Below, in pieces: positions 10,266 through 22,200 of a stretch of DNA of 64,000 bases (positions are counted from its first letter, which is position 1; each line of letters begins with the position of its first letter). Made by a program: the position numbers and the translations under genes. Below the pieces are notes generated by a model. It made no database searches. It was not told the DNA's origin and worked only from the letters and a program-made list of their open reading frames with translations. Origin of the DNA: Mytilus californianus (lineage: Eukaryota); assembly GCF_021869535.1 (NCBI RefSeq), contig NW_026262690.1, forward strand, positions 92,380,001 to 92,444,000, given 5' to 3'.

Positions 10266-13200
10266 AAAATTCTCTTGTAAACATATAAACATTTGTATGT
10301 GATATCTAGTACATACATATATGTAATAATTCATTTCTTTAGTGACTCTGAGAAGAAATTTGGAGATCTTGTGGATCAGGTGGAAAAGACGAAGAGACAA
10401 TATGACATTATTGATAATAACTTAGATGACATTCGAGATGAGGTTGACCAGTACCTAGCATGGCTAAAGGAAAAGGAAGACCTCCTGACTAGAGAGACAC
10501 CTAGAGGCTACAGTGTCAAAGAGGCTGAGGCTAAACTGGCCAAAAATAATGTAAGCGTATTTGTTGGTTGTGTTTTGTGTGAGAAGAAAGACAATCAATT
10601 TCAACTACCTATGTAGTTCTTATGATAATTAGGATGAGACAAGAAACTGAAAAAAAAAAAACATTTTTGTATATTCAGAAATTATTGTGTGCATTTAATA
10701 TTGTGAATTTTGAAGAATTGTCAAAAAATACTAGACTAGTTATTGCGATTTCAGGAAAATCTGCATACAGTTATATGTATCAGATATCAGATTGTGAATT
10801 CTTATTATTGCCATACTCATTCAGTTGCATTATTCGCATTGATAAAAAACGCAATAATGTCTGAATTTACGGTATAAGTTATAACAAGATGATTTTTTTA
10901 AGGGCAGGCTAATTTGAACAAGGTCAAGAAGGATTAAACTTCTTTTTCATAAGAAATGTTTTTCAAGAAAGAATAATAACAAACATGACAGAGTTTATTC
11001 AAGTTTAAAGAGAGGCAAAATTCAGATTATTTTCTGTAAATTGACATTTAAATGTTTTATGACGAGATGCTTATCAGTTATCAAGTATTACAAAAAAAAA
11101 TGATTACTCAAAAGAATATGTAAACATAGGTCTAATATGCTTACTTTTTTGCATTAATGATATCATATGATCAGTATAAATATTTGCTTAATAAATGATA
11201 GTATCAGTTTGTGACATTAGGGGAGAAAAGAATCAGAATCAGTTTAATTTTTTGTAATTGCTAGGAGATATAAAGTCTTGGTATTTAGTAATTTGGAATA
11301 CAAAACGATTTGTAAAACAATAATATGTCAGAAGCATTTCATCAATGTTTTTTATCAGATTAAGAAGATTTTGATCAAATGAAATGTACACCATACAACT
11401 AAGGCCTGACATGTTTTCTGCAATGTACATTTGATACAATTCAATATTACTGTCAAAATTTATAACACAAAAAAGGTACAAATAAAAGATAACAGGATTT
11501 AAGCATGCAGAATTGTTATAATTAATTCTTTTGTATTACAAATGTACTGTCAAAATTAATCAAGCATATTTTTCACAGGATCTGAGGAAAGAATTAGAAG
11601 AGAAAAGAGCAAATCTTGAAAATGTTAAACAGAAATCTGACAGCCTGATACAGGATTTGTCTCGGGTTGAACGTAACATGGTCGAACGATGGATAGCTAA
11701 ATTAACTACTGAAAGTCAAAAAGTCATGGACATTGTTGATAGTCAGAATAACGCACTTGCTGAACAAGCAGGAGAAAGAGCAGTGTTTCAGGAATCTCTT
11801 GACAAAGTCAACCTCTGGTTGCAAGATAAGGAACAGGAAGTACAGAAATTACAAGGTGTCCGTCTGGCATCTGGTGATGTGGAAAAACAGGTTGACAAAT
11901 GCAAGGTTTGTATAAAGTTCTTAGTGTTATGATACTAGTTTAATTTATTACAGTATTATATGAGCTGCGTCGGATAGAAATCGACCTTATGCAAGTGAGC
12001 GTATACATGTACATGTGTACGACTTTGATTAATTTTGTAACATTCAAATACGAAATAAAAGATGAATTTGGCCTGTTTTGTAGGGTTCTTATGTAGACTC
12101 AATTTTCAAACAGTTACAAATATTGCATAGAGATTTTTTCAACTTGAAATAAGTTAACAGAGGTATTGATATTTATTTGCATAAGGTCGATTTCTATCCG
12201 ACGCAACTCATATATTAAGAAATCCTAAAATTTTAAACAAATTATCCCTGAAAATAATTTAACCTTTTATATATTTCTATAAATGATTTGAGGCATTTGT
12301 ATCCTTAAAAATTTAGAATACTCTTTCTTGAATATAAAATGGACAAATATCTCACTTTCCTATCAATAGATAAAGAAAAGAAAAGAAACAAACTCCTTAA
12401 ACCAAACATGATACTTACTTACTTATTTCATGTTTGTACTTTAATTTCTTCTTGAAATTTATTAAAATCTAAAATTTAATGGATAAAACTTTATTTTGTT
12501 GAATAGAATTTACTTTCATGTTATTTGAAATTTTTTTTGTATGATGATAATGTATAAATATTGTGCTATAGGCTAATTCTGCTTATGAAAAACAAATTTA
12601 ACATTAATAATAAATTTGATAAATTCAATACACAAAGATTTCAAATTTCACCCAGTATAAACTTATGGTAACATAACAATTGAATTAAATTTAAATGTTA
12701 CATAACATTTTCAATTAATTTTTCAGTTCAAATATTTTGCATAAACATTTTGTTTAAAATGCGTTATAAAATTTCAAAATAATTACAATATAAGATTTTC
12801 TTTATTCACAGACGTTGCAATCCGAAGTTCAGGCATATCAACCTCATTTAGAGAAGTTACGCAAAATGGTAGAACCTTTGCTGCTGGATTGTTCTCCTGA
12901 ATTAGCTGCAGAACTGAAACACATGATATCAGGTAGGTCTATTTTTACATTGACAAACTATTTATAGGTTTCATAACCAGTGGGATTTGGATATCACTTG
13001 ATGTCAACTTGGGTTACTGTGGATTCATTATTCTTAGGAGACCAATTTTGGAAAATTTAGCATGAGTATAGGTTTAATTTAAAGTTCAACAAAGTAAAAA
13101 TTTTCAACGGGTTTGTGTACAGACTTTGTCAAAACCTTGCAATCAAATATTCACAAAAATACAATTTTTTCCTCAATGAACAAAATTGGTATCCATAGAA

Positions 13201-16200
13201 ATAAACAAATCCACAGTATTTAAGGTGGTACCAAACACCTTGACTAAAACTAATTTGGCTTGTTTAGTTTTCATTAAATTTTGACAAAATATATACTTTC
13301 ACCCTTTGACAAAAATATAAAAATTTCAAAAAACTTGAACCACACACTTTATCAGAAAAATTTCATTGGATATATAGCAGTTTGACAAACACTAATTTTG
13401 ATCATTGAGAAGCTTAATATTTCCTTAACAATAGAATGTGATCAAAACTTTCAGCTGATTTTTACAGAGTTATCTCCCTGTAGTGTTACGTACCACCTTA
13501 ATTTCAAATGATCTCAAATGATTATTATTTTAGAAGGTTTTATTGATTTTTTTATTTTATTTATATATACATTTGAATTTGAAAACCAGAAATTTTTTTT
13601 TGCTTACATTTAAAAATAATATATTAAAAATTCTATTACAGAAGTGGAGGATAGAAATGAAGGGCTCCTTGCTGCCTTGAAACAAGAGCAAGGACAGCTG
13701 AAAGATCATGCAGCAGCCAGAAAGTTGTTTGAGACAGATGTCCAGAAAGTTGACCGATGGTGTAAAGAAACCGAGATCTCATGTTCTACAGAACCTAACC
13801 TTGAATGTGCAATACAAGTCTTAGCAGAACAAAATAAACATTATAAGGTAAATATTTTGTGTGTTAATTATATTTTATGTGAAAGGTATAATATTACATT
13901 GTTTTCCATTCTATGCATCCATCCGTCCTTCAGTCCATTCATCCTTTGGTCAGTACTGTTTCAGGTTAAAGTTTTAGTTTAACATAGTTTACCATGAATT
14001 TGTGGTCACATCAATTTGAAATCTAGTACACTTGTTCATAATGATTTGAATTTTTAAAATATATGCCAAATTAGTGTTTTAAGTGTTATACAGCCAAAAC
14101 ATGGTATGTCACATCCAGTTTCATACAAAAAAAAGGGTAGAAAAAAAAATATTCCCTTGAATTTTACACTTGTGGTAACCCTGCATTTCATTGCAGAAAA
14201 AAATTTCAGTCATAAACATACATCTTGGGTTATTCAAAGCACCTTTTTTTTTTTAATTTGGTGTTTCTGTAAAATATTTTCGAAACTTGATGTGACATGG
14301 TTACTAAACCTTGTAAACTGGTAAGAAAGGGGTGAATATTTGATTGGTTAACTTCCAGTGATGGTTATTTTCTAATATGCAATGAAATGTTATGTGAAAT
14401 TTTGTCTGTAGTACTGGACAGAATAAAACTTTACTCATGCCAAGTATTTTTCTGTTTGTAACAAAGATGAATTCTGCATATTTTTTTGAAAAATGCTAAT
14501 TTAACAAAGACTAATAAGGGAAAACAATGGTGCTATTACTCCTAAAACACAGATTTCACGGTTCAGTGATTATTGAAATATGATAAAGCCTGGACACATA
14601 TTCTTTCTTACTCTTTTATTTTGTCTATTACTGGAGAGTTTGACTATTTTTCTTTCAGAATTTACAAAACACATCACAGTTATTTGCTTCACTAGTCAAA
14701 GAAGTAGAAGACAGAGGTGCCATATTTTTACCAGAAATCTATGAAGCTGACAAAGTCAAACTTGAGGGAACATTGAAATCGACAAGAGAAAAGTACAACA
14801 GGTAATACTGGACTGGATCCCAGTTATTTGACAACCTCCTTCCAATTTCTATCCTGGTAACTGTATGGATAATAAGAATAACTGATTCCTTCCTATATAT
14901 TTCTGTAAAAAAATCTGAATTGGAAAATTCATGCTTCTTGTTTATCTCTTGGTTTTTCAGATAATTCTTGATAGAAGTAGGGTATCAGTACAAATTTATT
15001 TGGATTTTTTTTTATAAGATTAATAACTTTAATTTTTTCAATATGATGTGCAAGAAATTTTGATATAAAAATCCAAAGAAAAAGTTAAATTGAATTGACA
15101 TGTATTGTCTTTTTTCCTTACCTTTTATCAATTTAAAAGAAAAAAAAATCCTTTCGAAAAAAAAAAAAGTATTTCAATGGACATTTTTTTTTTATTGAGA
15201 AAAATTAGTACTCAATAATATATTAATGGAATGCAAACATAATTTTTTCCTCTCAAAATTTTCTGTTTATACTTTAAAGCCAGATGGAGTTGGTACATAC
15301 TTATCAAACGAAGAAATAAAACACACAATGTTTATTTAATTATTTTTACAGAGTTGCTGCCCTTATCAAAGACAGAGCAGACAGTACAGATACTGCACTG
15401 CAATCTAGATCTCAGGTCCATGAGAGTGTGACAGAGGCTACTGATTGGCTGAACAATATTCAGGACGAAATCAAACAATTACAGGGAACACCTGTTGGTC
15501 CCACTACAGAAGATGCTAACTCACTACTAGAGAAATATGAGGTATGTTATAGAAAGCGGATCTTCATAAAACACCATTTGTATCATGCTACGGTAGTTCA
15601 TAAGGTAATACTGTAAATTCAGAAATTATTGCGTGCATTTATTATTGCGATTTTTTAAGAATGGACAAAAATGGGAGATTAATTATTTCTATTTCAGGAA
15701 AATCTCCATACAGATGTATGTTTCAGATATCAAAATGCAAGTTCTTATTATTGCGATACTCACACAGTCGCATTATTCGCATTAATAAAAACCTCGCAAT
15801 AATTTCTGTATTTACAGTAGTCGGCTGGAAGACATGTCACCTTCCAGACACATTATTCTCAAACTCAGTGCTCTTATTCATAAATGCTTGATGCTTCATT
15901 GAAGAGGAACATTTGACCTGACTTGGGACTAAACCCATGACCTCTTTATTAATAATAATAATAATAAAAATAATAATAACAATAATCTCTATTTCAAGAG
16001 GTTAAGATAAATTAGTATAAACGTTATTCTCCCTTTTTTTGGACACCACTGAGGCAACATAAAAAATTGCTCTATAGCAACAACATTGATTAGTCGAAAC
16101 AGAGTATTATATTTCACCAGTTCATGTGTTCAAACTGTTAAAGAAAAAACTTGTCCTATTTAGGTATTGTGAAAGGGCAAGTCTTGTATTATAAGTACAG

Positions 16201-19200
16201 GAAATATTGATGCATTATTTGGACTTTTATTGGAGAGTTCTCCTGATTTACATAGGGTGAAATTGATTTGTACTGCAAAATTTTTTAAATGAAGAATGAT
16301 ACATATCCAATTGGAAGTAGACAACTGTTGACTTTGTCTACTATTTTGAGTGGACACAGACTCTTATATAGGGCTGATTGATTGGTGTTTAACGCGACTT
16401 TCAAAACTATTGTGCTATTTTGTGGCGGTCAGTTTTTATTGGTGGAGGAAGCCGGAGAGAACCACCGACCTTCGGTAGGAAAACGGACAATCCTAATCAA
16501 TTAAGATTGGAGTCGAGTGCACCTGCCTCGTGCAGAATTCAAACTCTCATACTCAGTGTTGACAGGATAGTGGTACAGTAGTTCAACTACTTAGACCACT
16601 CGGCCACAGAGGGCCCCAAAATATAGGGATGAAATATGGAGAAAGATATAAAACTATAGAAATGTTATATAGCTAGTGAGTAGTGACTCAACGATGGCTG
16701 AAGGAGAATTATTCAGTTTTCCAATAGTATTCAGTGATTTGTAAAGTTCTAGTGACCTATTAAAGAGATAATATATGGAGAAGCATATTACTATAGAAAG
16801 GTTATTTATTTAGTGACCTACTAACGGCAGTAGAAAGTAAAATAACAAAAATACCGAACTCCAAGGAAAACTCAAAACGGAAAGTCCCTTTTCAAATGGC
16901 AAAGTGTAAAGCTCAAACATATCAAATGAATGGAAAACAACTGTCATATTCCTGACTTGGTACAGGCATTTCCTGACTTGGTACAGGTATTTCCTGACTT
17001 GGTACAGGTATTTCCTTATGTAGAAAATGGTTGAGTAGGAGGATCATTGATTGTCAAGTAGTTTCATTGACAATTTCTTTGGGTTATTGCCTTATTGTGA
17101 TATTAGATATATAAATGTTGAGGTTAATACTCTTATTGTCCATATAAGGTAAATATGATTCATATATAAAACTTTAATTGCTGTATAGCTTTCAAGTTAT
17201 TTTCATCAAAATATAAAAAAAAAATTTCCAAGAAAATTAGTGCATCAAATTTTCCATTGAGATTTAACATTTTGATCTGTACATTTTTCCTTATTTCCAT
17301 TCTCTTTTCTATTTTAACTTCCTCTGAGCATAATTAGATTATAAGTAGGTTTTTTTTCCAGGGAAAATTATCTTTTTTGTTAAAACAATACACTATGCAA
17401 TAAAAGGATACATTTTAATTTATTTTTTGGCCTTCAACAAAACTGAAATTGTCGACATGAGGCTGTAAATGGAAGATGATATAACACTTGCATATTTCAA
17501 ATATGACATCCACTGATTTACAGGCTCCTGAATTTTGACAGGCAGATAAAGAATGAGTTAACATGGATGGTTAATAAATTCACAGGCTCTTTTAACAACA
17601 TCCCAATAAAAATTAGGATTTGATATCGCATTTTAATAAGAATTCTACAGATACAGCCAAACTTTCAAACCAAGTCTTTGTATCTAAGAAAATATTGCTT
17701 GCTTATTTAAGATCTGACTGACAGCTAGCCTAACGAGTACTACATTTGTAGTACTATGCAAGTTTCACAGTCATGTAATGCTAACATGTTATTGCCCTGT
17801 TAAGTAATTCATTTGTCTAATATTTATTTGTCTTTAAATAGTAGCATGAAACATATTTTAAGATATTATGAATTTCTCTTCTTATGAACTACTTTCTAAT
17901 TTGAACCTTTGTTGCCTAGATGATTTTTATTTAAAGCTTTCAAATGCCATCTCATTGATGTCTACCCATATTTCTCCTTTTGTTTTTATCAGAGTATGAT
18001 TAAAATAAAAAAAGCTTTATGTTAGATTTACTTGATCAATATTGATAACTTTTCAAAAGGAGGTGCTCTGCATAATTCTGCTTTAAACAAGGATGATGCA
18101 GCCTGTACCAATTTTTAAAAGTCCTGAGAGTCATAAAAGCGTACTGAATTTTCAAGAACACAGTTGTTGTTTTGGGGTGTCTGAGCACTCACAAACTTAT
18201 AACATTGTATCATTCTTTCATTTTTATGTAAAGAACCTGCAGTTCAGTGGATTTTCTCTTCATGTCTTAAATTGATTTTGATGTGGTTTTCTTAAATTTC
18301 AGCAGGTTTTTTTTTTTTTTTTTTTGTAAGTTATACACGTATACTTTTTATATACTATGTATATAGTACCATCAATTGTTTGTTTTGAATTATACTACTA
18401 ATTTGTGTATTGTTTGGGCTAATTAGGGCTTGCCATGAATGGCTTGCATTCATTGTTGAAAACCATACTTTTTCATTCAAGTGTTAGTATACTGGCAATC
18501 ACACTCTATTACCAAATATTTGTATGGATATCAAATGAGTATAATTTTCCTTTGTTGACTTCCAAATTATTCTTCAGACTTCCCTTATTTTTCTTTAAAT
18601 CAGTAATAAAAAACGAAACTGTTCACAAATAATTCTCTTGTATTATTCTGCATGCATGATTACTGTTTTCTTAGTTTCATTTGTTTCACTAACTTCAGAT
18701 CTTAAATAATTAGATTCCAGGATATTCCAACTCATATAGTTTGGCCTTTGCAGTGTCTGGACAACCTTTGTCACTTACACATCCTATATAGATAGTTCTT
18801 GTTGTAGATAGAGCAAGGGAGTATGGATATATGATCCCCATGTCTTGGAGGGTATAGTAGGTAATAATTTGTCCTTGGTCAGTCAGTATATGCAATAAAT
18901 GATTATCCATATCTGTAACAATGATATTATCTGATGGTAGTGTTAGTATTCCACGAGGTGTAAACGGATCGTTATCAGTGTTGATTTCAGGGAGACCCTT
19001 GTAAATCCCTAGAATGTCTCCTCCTTGTGATAAGACTACCACTCGACCTCTGTAATCATCATCTAATCTGTCCACCACAAAGATATTACCCTTACTAGTG
19101 CTGGTAATACATCTAGGATAGGTGAATAAATTTTTGTTTTTGGTTAGAAATTTAGGCAACGTAACTGATCGTTTGTTATGTTTTTCATGTTCATATTCCT

Positions 19201-22200
19201 CTAGTTGTTTTCCTTCCTGATCGAGTACGATAACTGCACGACTTCCTATGGCAGGGAATAACATTCCTGAAGATTTGGCTCCTATGATAACTCTGTGATC
19301 GCTGGTCACATGGATACTGATGGGATACAATGGTTTTACATCATACACGGAATCTGTTATCTGTCCTGTTATGGTGTTGATTAGTTTGAGTTTAGTCTCA
19401 TCATGTGTTGTAACAAGAATGTTATTTGAATGAGTTTTTGCCATTCCATCTGTCTTAAAGTTTAAACTTCTTATAACTTCAGTACTATTCCCCCTAAGTG
19501 TGACATGTTGTAACTTGAATTTGGAATTATCGCCTATCCACATAGAACCATTAGAAAGTACTACTATATTTGTAAGATAAGTTGTATCTGATGTAAATTC
19601 TTCAGATATCTCAAACACAATCTTACTCTGCTGTTTTGGCGTTATTTCTACCTTGCCTTTATTATAGTCTTCCTCTTCTTTTAACTCATGTCCATTATGA
19701 ACTTTAACACTGCACTTAAAACAGATAAGTGTATTACAAGTTGTACAGTAAAGACAACAAGCCTGGTCAAAATGTACTTCACACTGGACATCACTGAATC
19801 TGAATGTTTCCTTCGACCTTTCCTGCTTTCCTATACCTGTAATGTCCAGTATCCTATGATCATTAGCAATCCTTGAATGGACCGTGCTCTTACATTTGTC
19901 TTTGCCTTTTTTAAAGTCTTCTTCGTCAATTAACTCATGTCCATTATGAACTTTAACGCTGCACTTAAAACAGATAAGTATATTACAAGTTGTACAGTAA
20001 AGACAACAAACCTGGTCAAAATGTACTTCACACTGGACATCACTGAATCTGAATGTTTCCTTCGACCCTTCCTGCTTTCCTATACCTGTAATGTCCAGTA
20101 TCCTATGATCATTAGTAATCCTTGAATGGACCGTGCCCTTACATTTTTCTTTGCCCTTATTAAAGTCTTCTTCCTCAATTAACTCATGTCCATTATGAAC
20201 TTTAGCGCTGCACTTAAAACAGATAAGTGTATTACAAGTTGTACAGTAAAGACAACAATCCTGGTCAGAATGTATTTCACACTGGACATCACTGAATGTG
20301 AATGTTTCATTTGACCCTTCATGTTTTCCTATATTATTAATGTTCAGTATTTTATGATCAATAGCAATCCTTAAATGGATTGTGGCCTTACATTTCTCAC
20401 ATATTAGTAAGTCACATTGTAAGCATTTCCATTTTATCTTTTTCCCACTTTCACATAACTGACATCCAATTGGAATCTGACTTTTTTGTAGTGAGGTTGT
20501 GAACGCCATTTCTATATTTGAAGATGTCTGACTTTATACTTCCTTTTCTGTTTGCCTCTCATCATGTGATTTTATACTTCCCTTTTAGCTTGAAAAGGAA
20601 GTATTAAGTCAGATGAAAATTTAATATCTATTTGAATTTTTCCTTTTCTACATTTACATCTACCGGTACATCTTTAAATTGCAAACTTTCCAGGGTCTTA
20701 CGCCCACCATATTTAGCATGTAATAATTACTCCAGAAACAATTTAAATTTGATCTGCATTCATTTATATGTTATGAATAAGCACCATATTGTATGACTGA
20801 CTTAGGACTTATGTGATGAGGCTGTTTTTGAATGCCTCTGCATCATATTTATTTAAGAGTTTTGTTGGTAAACTGTTCCAGTTCTTGGTGGTATGTGTAC
20901 GAGGAAAGCTGCTTTTGTTAGTGTAAGCAGATGATTAGAGCTCAATTAGAAGTCTCAAGGAGGTCTTTCAGATAAATTTAGTGTTGCATTTAATATTTTT
21001 ATAACAGCTTCTTTTTAAATTTGAATTGAAAAATTATTTAGTGAATGATAATAATGTATAGTGATAAGTATGAATGTAAAGAGATGTTGGTTACCTAAAA
21101 AAGAATACAAATCATTTAGAGACCGCAGAATTTAGATAGAAGACTGACAGATGACTTTTTAGCTCACCTGGGCTTTTAAGTTGATGTGAGCTATTGCCAT
21201 CACTTAGTGTCCCTCGTCATAGTCCTGTCCATCATCTTAAACTTTATAAAAAAAACTTCTCCTCTTAAACTACAAGACAAAACTTGGGTGAATGATCCTT
21301 AGGGTATCTAGTATAAGTTTATTTGTTTTTTTATTCATGTCCATCAAGAAACATGGCCATGGTGGCTAAAAATAGAACAGACAGGAATACATTAATTGTC
21401 TTATATCTTCAAAACTAAATTAACTAGAGAAATTGCTCACAATGTCAACTTCTACTTAGTTCTATTTCAATCAAAATTATCAGATGACTCCTTAAAGAGT
21501 TATTGCAATAACATGACCATTTTTTTGCTAGTTTTCATGTTTTTGCCTATTTACTCTAGAAGTATAATACATAGTTTATCTCAAGAACTATAAAATCATC
21601 AGCAATACATGTTATACAAAAAACAAGAATGTGCCCATAGTACACTGATGCCCCATTCGCACGATCAATTTCTATGTTCAGTAGACCGTGAAATTGGGGT
21701 TCAAACTCTAATTTGGCATTAAAATTAGAAAGATCATATCATAGGGAACATGTGTACTAAGTTTTAAGTTGATTGGACTTCAACTTCATCAAGAACTACC
21801 TTGACCAAAAACCTTAACCTGAAGCGAGACAGACAGACAAACAAACGGACGAACGAACGAATGAACGAACAGACGCACAGACCGAAAAACATAATGCCCC
21901 TCTACTATCCTAGGTGGGGCATAAAAAGCAAAATGACTAAAACCATTGGATGTGCCCTTCAAACAATTTTTGAATAACTTTTATAGTTTTGTAATTATCT
22001 TGAAAGCATTAATAGATAGATAGAAACTGTTAATAGCAAAAATGATCAGCTGTACAAGAGTACAAAAAAGCCAAATGGCTGAAACAATTTGGTGACTGAT
22101 TAAGAAGTTATTATCCTAGTATCAAGATTTTTGATTAATTTTTGTGTTTTTGTATAAAAAAATAGGTACAAACTGTGCACAGCAAAAATGATCAGCAATC

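Noticed and set aside
16377-16620. tRNA genes at the SINE heads (also 31488-31735, 48632-48987, 10008-10075)
   Set aside because: A/B boxes are present, but there is no complete cloverleaf; they are followed by SINE bodies, simple-repeat tails and TSDs.
17736-17755. Perfect hairpin AGTACTACA-TT-TGTAGTACT as a Helitron 3' end that captured the nested gene
   Set aside because: No CTRR terminus downstream and no matching 5' TC end; the stem is AT-rich.
19688-20125. Two near-identical 62-aa plus-strand ORFs
   Set aside because: Antisense shadows of the 249-bp coding repeats.
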